DNA of 64,000 nt from Promineifilum sp. (lineage in GTDB: Bacteria > Chloroflexota > Anaerolineae > Promineifilales > Promineifilaceae): positions 6,231 through 70,230 of the forward strand of contig JAGOZU010000002.1 in assembly GCA_018058545.1 (NCBI GenBank), written 5' to 3'. Under the pieces are notes generated by a model. That model ran no database searches. It had not been told where the DNA came from and was given only the letters and a program-made list of their open reading frames with translations. Below, piece by piece: positions 56,102 to 64,000 of the stretch (positions are counted from its first letter, which is position 1; each line of letters begins with the position of its first letter). The position numbers and the translations under genes are program-made.

Positions 56102-57157
56102 ATGTTCATCGTTGATTCTCATCTCGACCTCGCTTATAACGCCATCGTTAAGGGGCGCGATCCACGTCTGGGCGTGGCCAAAATCCGCGCCGCGGAAGGA
56201 CCCACGGCCAAGAACTTGGCCACGGTTGGCCTGCCGGAGATGCGGCGGGCGGGCGTCGGCCTCATCTTCGGCACCGTTTTTGTCTCCCCGGCGACGGCTT
56301 TGTTCGATCCCGATCCGCCTGAATTCGCCTACGACACCCCGGACAAGGCGCACAAGCTGGGCATGGAGCAGGTCGACTATTACCGGCGGCTGGTCGATGA
56401 AGAGGAAGACCTGCGGCTGGTGACGAACACGGCCGAGCTGGATGAAGTCGTGAAGAGCCACGAAGAGGGCAACGACCCGCTGCTGGGCATCGTGATACTG
56501 ATGGAGGGGGCCGATTACATCCGCAAGCCGGAGGAAGCGGCGCTGTGGTACGAGCGCGGCGTGCGGCTCATCGGCCCGGCTTGGGACGACACCCGCTATT
56601 GCGCCGGGGCCTGGCGCGACAGCAAGCAAGGACTAACCAAAGAAGGCTACGCGCTGCTGGAGGTGATGGCCGGGCTGGGGATGATCCTCGACCTGACGCA
56701 CATGAGCGAGGTCGGCACCTTTCAGGCGCTCGATGCTTACCCCGGGGCGATCGTGGCCACCCATGCCAACGCCCGGGCCATCGTGCCCCGCGAGCGACAG
56801 CTGAACGACCGGCAGATCCGGCTCATCGGCGAGCGGGACGGGATAGTCGGCGCGGTGCTGGCCAACTTTTTCCTGAAGGCGGATTATGAGCGCGGCCGCA
56901 AGGAGAGCGTGCCCGTGGCGCAACTGGTGGCCCATATCGACCACGTCTGCCAGGTCATCGGCGACGCCCGTCACGCCGGTATCGGAAGCGATCTGGACGG
57001 CGGCTTCGGCATGCGCGACATACCGGACCCGATGGACAGCATCGCCGACCTGCCGCTTATCGCCGCCGGATTGCGGGAAAAGGGCTATACCGATGAGGAT
57101 ACGGCCGGGATCATGGGCGGCAACTGGGTGAATTTGTTGCGGCGGGTGTGGGGTTGA
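56102..57157 (+). CDS. M19 membrane (renal-type) dipeptidase
   Basis: VDSHLD, MEGA, LDLTHM, THAN, IDH, GIGSDLDG, MGGNW. Confidence 0.9.
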   Translation: MFIVDSHLDLAYNAIVKGRDPRLGVAKIRAAEGPTAKNLATVGLPEMRRAGVGLIFGTVFVSPATALFDPDPPEFAYDTPDKAHKLGMEQVDYYRRLVDEEEDLRLVTNTAELDEVVKSHEEGNDPLLGIVILMEGADYIRKPEEAALWYERGVRLIGPAWDDTRYCAGAWRDSKQGLTKEGYALLEVMAGLGMILDLTHMSEVGTFQALDAYPGAIVATHANARAIVPRERQLNDRQIRLIGERDGIVGAVLANFFLKADYERGRKESVPVAQLVAHIDHVCQVIGDARHAGIGSDLDGGFGMRDIPDPMDSIADLPLIAAGLREKGYTDEDTAGIMGGNWVNLLRRVWG

Positions 57158-57183
57158 GCGATCGGCAGCATCGTGGTGGCGAC

Positions 57184-59058
57184 ATGTTGAAGGAAATCGG
57201 TGAGAACATCAGGAAAGTCCTGAGCGGCCGCTTCAAGGCCTACGATCGCAGCAAGCGGCCGTCGCTCAAGGCCGGCATGGGCCCGATCGCCCACGAGCGA
57301 GGGACGACGTTCCGGGTGTGGGCGCCCCATGCCGATGCGGTGCACGTCGTGGGAACCTTCAACGAGTGGAACGAGCGGGCCAACCCGCTGGCGCACGAGG
57401 TCGACGGCTACTGGTCGACCGACGTGGCCGGGGCGCGGCCGGGCCATGAATATAAATACCTCATCGTCAACGGCAAGCAGAAGCTCTACCGGCTCGATCC
57501 CTATTCGCGACAGGTGACGAGCACGGTGGGCAACAGCCTCATCCACGACCCAAATTTCGATTGGGGCGACGATGACAGCTTCCGCAGTCCCAACTGGAAC
57601 GAGCTGATCATCTATGAGATGCATATCGGCACGTTTAACCCGGCGGCCGACGGCCAGGTGGGCACGTTCCAGCGCGCGGCCCGGAAGCTGTCCTACTTGC
57701 GAGCGCTGGGGGTGAACGCGGTGCAGATCATGCCGCCCATGGAGTTCCCCGGCGGCCGCTCATGGGGCTATAACCCGGCGCTGCCCTTTGCCGTGGAGAC
57801 GGACTACGGCGGGATGCTGGGTCTGAAGCAGTTTGTGAAGACGGCCCACAAGCACGGCATCGCCGTCATCCTCGATGTGGTCTATAACCATTTGGGGCCG
57901 GGCGATCTGGACTTGTGGCGTTTCGACGGCTGGTGGGAGAACGACGGGGGCGGCATCTACTTCTATAACGACCGGCGCAGCGAGACTCCCTGGGGACACA
58001 CGCGACCCGACTACGGCCGCCCCGAAGTCCGCCAGATGTTGCGGGATAACGCCCTGTCATGGCTCCACGAGTATCACATCGACGGGTTGCGCTGGGACGC
58101 TACGGCCTACATCCGCAACGTCCTCGGCAACGATAACGAACCGGCCAACGATCTGCCCGACGGCTGGAGCCTGATGCAGTGGATCAATGCCGAGGTCAGC
58201 GAGTTCGCCCCCAATCATCTGACCATTGCCGAAGACCTGAAGAACAACGAATGGCTGGTGAAGGACGATAGCGTGGGCGGGGCGGGCTTTGGCTCGCAGT
58301 GGGACGCCAACTTCGTCCATCCGGTGCGGACGGCGATCATCACCAATGATGATCAAAGCCGTGATATGGAGGCCGTGCGGGACGCGCTGACCTTTCGGTA
58401 CAACGGCGACGCCTTCAAGCGCGTAATCTATACCGAATCCCATGACGAGGTGGCCAACGGCAAGGCGCGCGTTCCGGAGGAGATATGGCCAGGCAACAGC
58501 CGCCACTGGTTCGCCAAGAAGCGCTCCACGATGGGGGCCGTGCTGGTCTTCACCGCGCCGGGCATCCCCATGATCTTCCAGGGGCAGGAGTTTCTGGAGG
58601 GCAAATGGTTCAGCGACACCGACCCGCTGGACTGGGAGGAAGCCAAGGCGCAGGAGGGCATCCTCTATCTCTACCGCGACCTGATGCGCCTGCGGCGCAA
58701 TTTGGAGGGGACGACGCGCGGGCTGACCGGCCAACATATCAGGGTCTACCACGTCGATCAGGCCAACAAGGCGCTGGCCTTCCAACGCTGGTATGACGGC
58801 GGTCCCAACGATAGCGTCGTGGTCGTGATGAACATGGCTAACCGGACGATAACGAATTACACCGTCGGCTTTCCGGCCGAGGGACTGTGGTCGTTGCGCT
58901 TCGACAGCCACGCGACCGCCTATAGCGCCGATTATGAGGGACAGGTCAGCGTGGATGTGGTGGCCAGGGCGGGCGAATACGACGGCCTGCCCGCCCACGG
59001 CAAGGTCTCCCTGGGGCCATACAGCGGGGTCATCTTCTCGCAAGGTTCCAGGTCCTAG
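57184..59058 (+). CDS. GH13 alpha-amylase family protein with CBM48 (TreZ/GlgB-like)
   Basis: FRVWAPHA, YEMHIGTF, SWGY, DVVYNH, GLRWDAT, IAED, SHDE, PMIFQGQE. Confidence 0.88.
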   Translation: MLKEIGENIRKVLSGRFKAYDRSKRPSLKAGMGPIAHERGTTFRVWAPHADAVHVVGTFNEWNERANPLAHEVDGYWSTDVAGARPGHEYKYLIVNGKQKLYRLDPYSRQVTSTVGNSLIHDPNFDWGDDDSFRSPNWNELIIYEMHIGTFNPAADGQVGTFQRAARKLSYLRALGVNAVQIMPPMEFPGGRSWGYNPALPFAVETDYGGMLGLKQFVKTAHKHGIAVILDVVYNHLGPGDLDLWRFDGWWENDGGGIYFYNDRRSETPWGHTRPDYGRPEVRQMLRDNALSWLHEYHIDGLRWDATAYIRNVLGNDNEPANDLPDGWSLMQWINAEVSEFAPNHLTIAEDLKNNEWLVKDDSVGGAGFGSQWDANFVHPVRTAIITNDDQSRDMEAVRDALTFRYNGDAFKRVIYTESHDEVANGKARVPEEIWPGNSRHWFAKKRSTMGAVLVFTAPGIPMIFQGQEFLEGKWFSDTDPLDWEEAKAQEGILYLYRDLMRLRRNLEGTTRGLTGQHIRVYHVDQANKALAFQRWYDGGPNDSVVVVMNMANRTITNYTVGFPAEGLWSLRFDSHATAYSADYEGQVSVDVVARAGEYDGLPAHGKVSLGPYSGVIFSQGSRS

Positions 59059-59090
59059 TTGTCGGAAGGCCCGGATGAAACCACGTTCCC

Positions 59091-61226
59091 TTAGGGCACG
59101 ACAACCAGCGGCGGTGATGGCGCCGAGGTTTCACTGCCGTTTGCTACCGGCAATCGCACCTCCGAGGCGCGGTCATACAGGCCGACAATGACGGCGTAAT
59201 CGCCGGGCGCGGCCGATTCCGGCACGCGCATCGGGTGAATCTGGGCGATCAGCTCGCCCGTACGCCAGGCCCATGACGGCGCGTCCAGCCGGTCGCTCTG
59301 GGCCAGGATGCCGCCCGCGCCGTCGAGCACGTGGGCGAACATCACCGCGTCGGTGGTGAAGCTGGGGGGCACGACCGGCCCGGCTCGTGTCGGGTCGAGC
59401 ACGCGCCAGACGGTCAGCAGTTCGGCCGTCTCCCCCGGGCGGACGCTATCCGACAGCCAGCGCGCGGCCGTCAGTTCAATCGCCCCGTTGAAATCGACCG
59501 GTTGGGCCAGCGCACTCCCGGCCGTTAATGTCGTCGCCGCCGGCGAGCCGTCGAGCCGGTAGAGTGTGAAGCGCGGATCGAGATCGTCCGGCCGCAGATC
59601 GACGGTTTCGATGGCTTGCAGCAGGGGGATGAACGCCGGATGCGGCGGCGTGGAGGCGGGGATGACGGCCAGCGTTCGCGCCGGCGGCAATACCAGCGCG
59701 TAGCGACCATCGACCCAGCGGGCTGTCTCGCCGACGGGCGGATGGTCGGCGGCCGTGACCAGGGCGATGGATGAGTCGTGGGCCGGGCCGGGATAGACGG
59801 TGGAGAAGAGGACAGGGTCGGCGTCGGAGTAGTTGGCCGTCACATGCCGGATCGACTCAACCAGTGTGTGCTGGTAGGCCCCGCGAACCTCGGGCGACTC
59901 GCCCCAGCGTATGAAATAATCGCGCCCGGAGACAAAAGCGACCCAAAGAACCAGGAGGAGAGAGAGGGAGACGGGGAGACGGGGAGCTGGGGAGCGGGGG
60001 AGCGGAGGAGCGCCCCTGCCCCTCTGCTCCTCTGCTCCCCAGCCCCTCATCACTCCTGCAGCGACGATTAAATACACCGCCGGCAGCGCGGCCATGTTAC
60101 GCGTGGTGTTGGCCGTCGGGCCGGTGACGAGCGACGGGACGATGCCCGCCAGAAACCACAGCAGCAGAAAGGCATGGGCCGGCTGCCGCAGGCGCACGAG
60201 GCAAACGACCAGCCCGATGACGAAGAAGACGGCCGAGACGATATCCAGCACCGGCCGCCCGGGGATATTGTAGGCCAGGAACGTATCGCCAAAGCCGGGC
60301 CAGACGAAGGCCAGCAGCGCGTCGCGGACATTGAGCAGGATGGGGACGAAGTTGCCCGCGCGGACGGCTCCCAGCGGGCCGTCGAACATGTCCAGCCGCG
60401 TCTGCATCTCCGGATGGGCGCGCAGGTAAAGGAACATCGGCGCGACCAGCAGCCCGGCCAGCAACAGCCCCGCCAGCACCGGCCGCCATGACCGACGGAA
60501 GGCCGATCGATGGAACAGCGCCAGATAGGCCATGAACGCCGGAAACATCAGCCAGCTCACCCGCGCCGCCAGATAGGTGTGGAACGTCAGGGCGACGGCC
60601 AGGCCAAAGAGGATGACGAATGACGAGCGACGAGTGACGAGCGGGGAACGGGGTGTGGAAATGCTCCCCTGCTCCTCCGCTCCCCTGCTCCCGCGCTCAT
60701 TCGTCATTCCGAGAATTTTCCAAAAGGCCCACACCGCCAACAGGGTGAAGAACGGCAACATGCCGACCCGCAGCGCCTCGCGGCTGGAAGCCAGCGGCCA
60801 GAAGGAGACAGCCATCAGCGCCGAAGCCAACAGAGCCGTGGCGCGGCCGAACCGCGGGGAGGCCCAGGCACAGGTCAGAGCGATGGCCAGCGTGCCGAAG
60901 GCGACGTTGACCAGCCGCAGGGCGAACAAGCCACGGCCGAACAGAGCCATGAACAGGGCCACGGTATAGCTGTAGAGCGGCTCGCTGCCGTAGTTGAGCG
61001 GGAAGAAGTAGAGGAGGACGCCGTTGAGGATGCCGATGGCCTCGCGGCCGTGGTTGGCCTCGTCGTGGGTCAGCCCCGGCGGGATTCCGGTCAGGTTCCA
61101 GACGCGCAGGGCGAAGGCGACGAGAAGAATGATGAGGAGCAGAGGAGCAGGGGAACGGAGGAGAGAGGAACTAACTGCTCTCCCTTTTCTCCCTTCACCG
61201 CTTTCCCTCCGCGCCCCATGCGTCAT
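59091..61226 (-). CDS. GT39/ArnT-like (PMT-type) multi-TM glycosyltransferase
   Basis: ALRVWNL...PPGLTHDEA.HG, R...A.FGTL, multiple TMs, and a C-terminal FAHVLD...QSD...W..GE domain. Confidence 0.8.
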   Translation of the reverse strand: MTHGARRESGEGRKGRAVSSSLLRSPAPLLLIILLVAFALRVWNLTGIPPGLTHDEANHGREAIGILNGVLLYFFPLNYGSEPLYSYTVALFMALFGRGLFALRLVNVAFGTLAIALTCAWASPRFGRATALLASALMAVSFWPLASSREALRVGMLPFFTLLAVWAFWKILGMTNERGSRGAEEQGSISTPRSPLVTRRSSFVILFGLAVALTFHTYLAARVSWLMFPAFMAYLALFHRSAFRRSWRPVLAGLLLAGLLVAPMFLYLRAHPEMQTRLDMFDGPLGAVRAGNFVPILLNVRDALLAFVWPGFGDTFLAYNIPGRPVLDIVSAVFFVIGLVVCLVRLRQPAHAFLLLWFLAGIVPSLVTGPTANTTRNMAALPAVYLIVAAGVMRGWGAEEQRGRGAPPLPRSPAPRLPVSLSLLLVLWVAFVSGRDYFIRWGESPEVRGAYQHTLVESIRHVTANYSDADPVLFSTVYPGPAHDSSIALVTAADHPPVGETARWVDGRYALVLPPARTLAVIPASTPPHPAFIPLLQAIETVDLRPDDLDPRFTLYRLDGSPAATTLTAGSALAQPVDFNGAIELTAARWLSDSVRPGETAELLTVWRVLDPTRAGPVVPPSFTTDAVMFAHVLDGAGGILAQSDRLDAPSWAWRTGELIAQIHPMRVPESAAPGDYAVIVGLYDRASEVRLPVANGSETSAPSPPLVVVP
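59963..60048. repeat. Inverted arrays of an 8-mer inside the GT39 CDS
   Basis: acggggag acggggag ctggggag cgggggag cggaggag | cgcccctg cccctctg ctcctctg ctccccag. Confidence 0.85.
60611..60709. repeat. Composite 7-mer/8-mer element inside the GT39 CDS (99 bp)
   Basis: atgacga x2, gcgacga, gtgacga, then gctcccct-type 8-mers x4, closed by cattcgtcattc (inverse of the left end). Confidence 0.85.
61134..61217. repeat. Degenerate inverted 8-mer arrays at the GT39 5' end
   Basis: gaggagca gaggagca ggggaacg gaggagag ... ctgctctc ccttttct cccttcac cgctttcc ctccgcgc. Confidence 0.7.
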
Positions 61227-62053
61227 TTCCGAGTGGTTGCCACAGCAAATACCTCGCGCTCGAAGAACCAGCGGAACGGCGGTACGTCGAAAGCCAGACG
61301 TCGTAACCCGGCCATCAGAGCCGACTCGTCGCGGTTCTGCGGCGGCGAATCAAGCCAGACCTTGATGCCGGTGTAGCCCGCCTGCTTCAGCCCCTGCCGC
61401 ATGCGAATCAGGTCTTGCTCGTTGACATGAACGTCCTGGTTCACCGGGGTGATGGCGCGCGGGTCCTTGGGATAGGCGTCGCCCTGTCCCATGAGCATGC
61501 GCACGCGGCGCACCCAGGGGTAGGCGTAGGCGTCGTACCAGCGATTGGGGGCGGTATGGATGATCAGGCGGCCGCCCGGCTTCAGCACGCGGCCGATCTC
61601 CAGATAGGCCTGGTGCAGCTCCCACGGGAAGAGGTGCTCCACCACGTCGAACATCAGCGCACGGTCAAAATAGTTGCTGGGGAAGGGCAGGCTCTTGGCG
61701 TCGGCCTGCAGCACGCCGGGTTGCATCGACGGCCGCTCGTCTCCGGATTCCGATCGCTGCAACTCCGCGGCGACGACATCGCGCGACATCCGGGCGGCGG
61801 CGACGGCGTAGTCCATGCCGTGGGCCTCCACGCCGAGGCGCATGCAGTGGCGCAGGATTTCGCCGCGGCCGCAGCCCACATCGAGCACGCGCATGCCCGG
61901 CCGGACGTCGGCCAGCGCGAAGGCATCGTGCAAGCGGCGCGACAGATGCGCGCCTTCCGATTCGATGAATACGTCATAACCCTCGCACGCCGTCAGGAAG
62001 TATTCTTCCGTATAGAGCGAGGACGGCAAGGACTTTCTTTCTGTTTCACTCAT
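61223..62053 (-). CDS. Class I SAM-dependent methyltransferase
   Basis: VLDVGCGRGE, ADAKSLPF, DVVEHL, LKPGG. Confidence 0.9.
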   Translation of the reverse strand: MSETERKSLPSSLYTEEYFLTACEGYDVFIESEGAHLSRRLHDAFALADVRPGMRVLDVGCGRGEILRHCMRLGVEAHGMDYAVAAARMSRDVVAAELQRSESGDERPSMQPGVLQADAKSLPFPSNYFDRALMFDVVEHLFPWELHQAYLEIGRVLKPGGRLIIHTAPNRWYDAYAYPWVRRVRMLMGQGDAYPKDPRAITPVNQDVHVNEQDLIRMRQGLKQAGYTGIKVWLDSPPQNRDESALMAGLRRLAFDVPPFRWFFEREVFAVATTRK

Positions 62054-62211
62054 GGATTCTCTATCGCCGAGGCCGTCGGGCATGGCGCCACGGCCTGTAC
62101 CGATTCTATACCTGGGGTGATTTTATCAGCATGTCGGCCGCCGGTCATACTCTTGGCATAAACGTTTTTCTAACAATCGACCTTCATACTCACAAGTTGG
62201 AACAGGGCTGC

Positions 62212-62238
62212 GAAACCTTCGGTCATGTTCTCCGTATA
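62212..62238 (+). promoter_or_regulatory. ECF (sigmaW-type) promoter, probable autoregulation
   Basis: GAAAC-16 nt-CGTATA matches the TGAAAC-N16-CGTA architecture. Confidence 0.7.
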
Positions 62239-62267
62239 GAATGGTGAAGACACAGGAGATTGGAACG

Positions 62268-62852
62268 TTGAATGATGAGCAGGCCTGGCTTGAACAAGCC
62301 AGGCGCGGCGACAAAAACGCATTCGGTCAGCTGATTCAGGCCTATATGGGCCCGGTCTATAACCTTGCCTATCGTATGTTGGGAAATTCGGGAGAAGCTG
62401 AAGAAGCCGCTCAGGAAGCGTTCATCCGGGTCTATACCCGGCTGGACAGCTATGACCCTGAGCACAAGTTCAGCACCTGGGTTTTATCGATCACGTCGAA
62501 CTACTGCATCGACCAGATTCGCAAGCGACGGGCCGTCCTGTTGTCCATCGACGAGCCGCTGCCGCCCCACCCGGCGCTGCATAGCGACAACAGTAAGGGG
62601 CCGGAAGCGGAATATATGGCTCAGGAACGGGAAGAACTGGTGCAAGGCTTGCTGAACACGCTGCCCGAGGAATACCGGCACGCGGTCGTTCTGCGCTACT
62701 GGTACGACATGTCCTATGAGGAGATCGCCGACGTGCAGGCGACGACGGTCAGCGCCGTGAAATCGCGCCTGTTTCGTGCCCGCCGGTTGCTGGCCGATGC
62801 CGGACTCGAAAGAGGCATGGTCGCCCCGGCTGAGGTGGCCGTGCCCGCCTGA
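62268..62852 (+). CDS. ECF RNA polymerase sigma factor (SigW-like)
   Basis: GDKNAF, AEEAAQEAF, FSTWV..I..NYCID, SYEEIA, VKSRLFRAR. TTG start at 62268 with GGAG SD preferred over ATG 62241. Confidence 0.92.
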   Translation: MNDEQAWLEQARRGDKNAFGQLIQAYMGPVYNLAYRMLGNSGEAEEAAQEAFIRVYTRLDSYDPEHKFSTWVLSITSNYCIDQIRKRRAVLLSIDEPLPPHPALHSDNSKGPEAEYMAQEREELVQGLLNTLPEEYRHAVVLRYWYDMSYEEIADVQATTVSAVKSRLFRARRLLADAGLERGMVAPAEVAVPA

Positions 62853-62898
62853 TTGAGAGCGAGCGAAAGGATGAGAAGGGTTTCGATGGAGAGATGCC

Positions 62899-63450
62899 AT
62901 GGAGCATGAAGAACGATTCTATACGATGATGATGGACGCGCTCGACGACAAGCTGGCGCCCGGCGAACAGACCGAGCTGGAAGCTCACCTGCGCACGTGC
63001 ACGGACTGCACCCAGGAGTGGCGCGCTCTGGTGGCCATCGAAATGCTGTTTCGACAGACGCCGATGCTGATGCCGGCGGTGGACTTTGCCGAGCGCACGC
63101 TGGCCCGCCTGCCCAATCGCCGGACACGCCGCATGGCCCTGGGGGCGATATATACCATCCTGCTGTTGAGCGGCATATTCCCGTTGCTCATCGGCGTCTT
63201 CCTGGCGATTCGCTACGCGCCTATCCTGAGCCAACCGGCGCTGTTGGGCGGCATCTGGGCCTCTGTTTCCGGCATCGGCCGGGCCTTTGCCACGGTTATC
63301 GGGGCGTTGTTCGCCGGCGCGGGCCATCTTGTTATTGAGCAACCGGCCGTGATCGGCTGGTTTATCGTCCTGGCAGGTCTTGTATTCCTGTGGGGCGGCG
63401 TTTTCCAGCGGCTGCTTGTGCAACCTTTGGACGCCTCCTCACGTAACTGA
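62899..63450 (+). CDS. ZAS (zf-HC2) membrane anti-sigma factor
   Basis: HLRTCTDC (HxxxCxxC) followed by several TM segments, directly after the ECF sigma gene. Confidence 0.88.
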   Translation: MEHEERFYTMMMDALDDKLAPGEQTELEAHLRTCTDCTQEWRALVAIEMLFRQTPMLMPAVDFAERTLARLPNRRTRRMALGAIYTILLLSGIFPLLIGVFLAIRYAPILSQPALLGGIWASVSGIGRAFATVIGALFAGAGHLVIEQPAVIGWFIVLAGLVFLWGGVFQRLLVQPLDASSRN

Positions 63451-63498
63451 TTACAGGACGCAGGAGTAATGGAAACATGATCTGCAAGGAGCAGTGAA

Positions 63499-64000
63499 AT
63501 GAGTAAACGTGTCCTGATATCATTGGTGGCGGTGCTGTTGTTTATCACGGCGCTAACCCCCGTGGTGCTTGCCGCCCCATTGGCCGATACGATCGTCGGC
63601 GAAAACGAGGTCGTCAATAACGACGTCGTGGTGTTCGACGGCGATCTGGAAGTCCGGGAAGGGGCCGTGGTCAACGGCGACGTGGCCGTGTTCAACGGCG
63701 ACGCCATCATCGACGGCCAGATCAATGGCAGCATGACGCTGTTTAACGGCGATCTGGTGGCCGGAAGCAACGCCGCTATCTCCGGTGAATGTGTGTTGCT
63801 GAACGGCGAAGTGACCGGGGACGGCGCGACGTCGAGACAAAGCGCCTGCACCGCCATCTCCAATATGGAGCTGGCGCCTCTGGCCGGATTGGCCCCGGGC
63901 ATGTTCAAAAACTTTGAGAACCTGCCCGATCTTGCGCCCGTGCCTACTGTGCCCGCGATACCGGATATGCCCGCCGCGCCGGAACCGCCGGTCGTGCCGC
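63499..64000 (+). CDS. Signal-peptide protein with bactofilin-like (polymer-forming cytoskeletal) beta-helix repeats; truncated by window end
   Basis: Not in the ORF track because it has no stop in the window. My translation: MSKRVLISLVAVLLF...DVVVFDGDLEVREGAVVNGDVAVFNGDAIIDGQINGSMTLFNGDL... Confidence 0.72.
   Translation, partial: MSKRVLISLVAVLLFITALTPVVLAAPLADTIVGENEVVNNDVVVFDGDLEVREGAVVNGDVAVFNGDAIIDGQINGSMTLFNGDLVAGSNAAISGECVLLNGEVTGDGATSRQSACTAISNMELAPLAGLAPGMFKNFENLPDLAPVPTVPAIPDMPAAPEPPVVP

Noticed and set aside
1-64000. tRNA/rRNA genes, prophage, integrase, and HIP1-like CGATCG enrichment
   Set aside because: No cloverleaf, rRNA or phage hallmark was recognised by eye. CGATCG seems frequent, but enrichment cannot be judged without an observed/expected count.

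Overview
Chromosomal window from a high-GC bacterium. Gene content and protein style (MurE with EDPR, DUF6391, AroK-AroB fusion, dnaB-dnaD-dnaC, GT39-type membrane protein, Pro/Thr linkers) point to Chloroflexota, probably Anaerolineae; this is inference. Housekeeping genes: tsaE/tsaB/rimI, prfA, murE, two PBP1A paralogues, dnaB, icd, aroKB/aroQ, holA, ndh, nfo and an ECF sigma/anti-sigma operon. There are four type II toxin-antitoxin pairs. A more AT-rich, ~14 kb surface-polysaccharide cluster encodes three different sulfotransferases, an amino-sugar triad and a CDP C-methyl-sugar cassette, and is followed by a 7-bladed FG-GAP propeller gene. No rRNA, tRNA, CRISPR array, transposase or integrase was recognised. 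The most unusual signals are: (i) short 7-mer/8-mer array elements, partly palindromic, present three times inside one GT39 reading frame and also between genes; (ii) the putative sulfated, branched-sugar glycan pathway; (iii) a dnaB-dnaD-(tandem AAA+) dnaC module carrying a self-palindromic 18-bp minisatellite; (iv) readable regulatory sites (Rex box, LexA-like box, sigmaW-type promoter, TA operators). All family assignments come from motif recognition by eye; no database searches were run.
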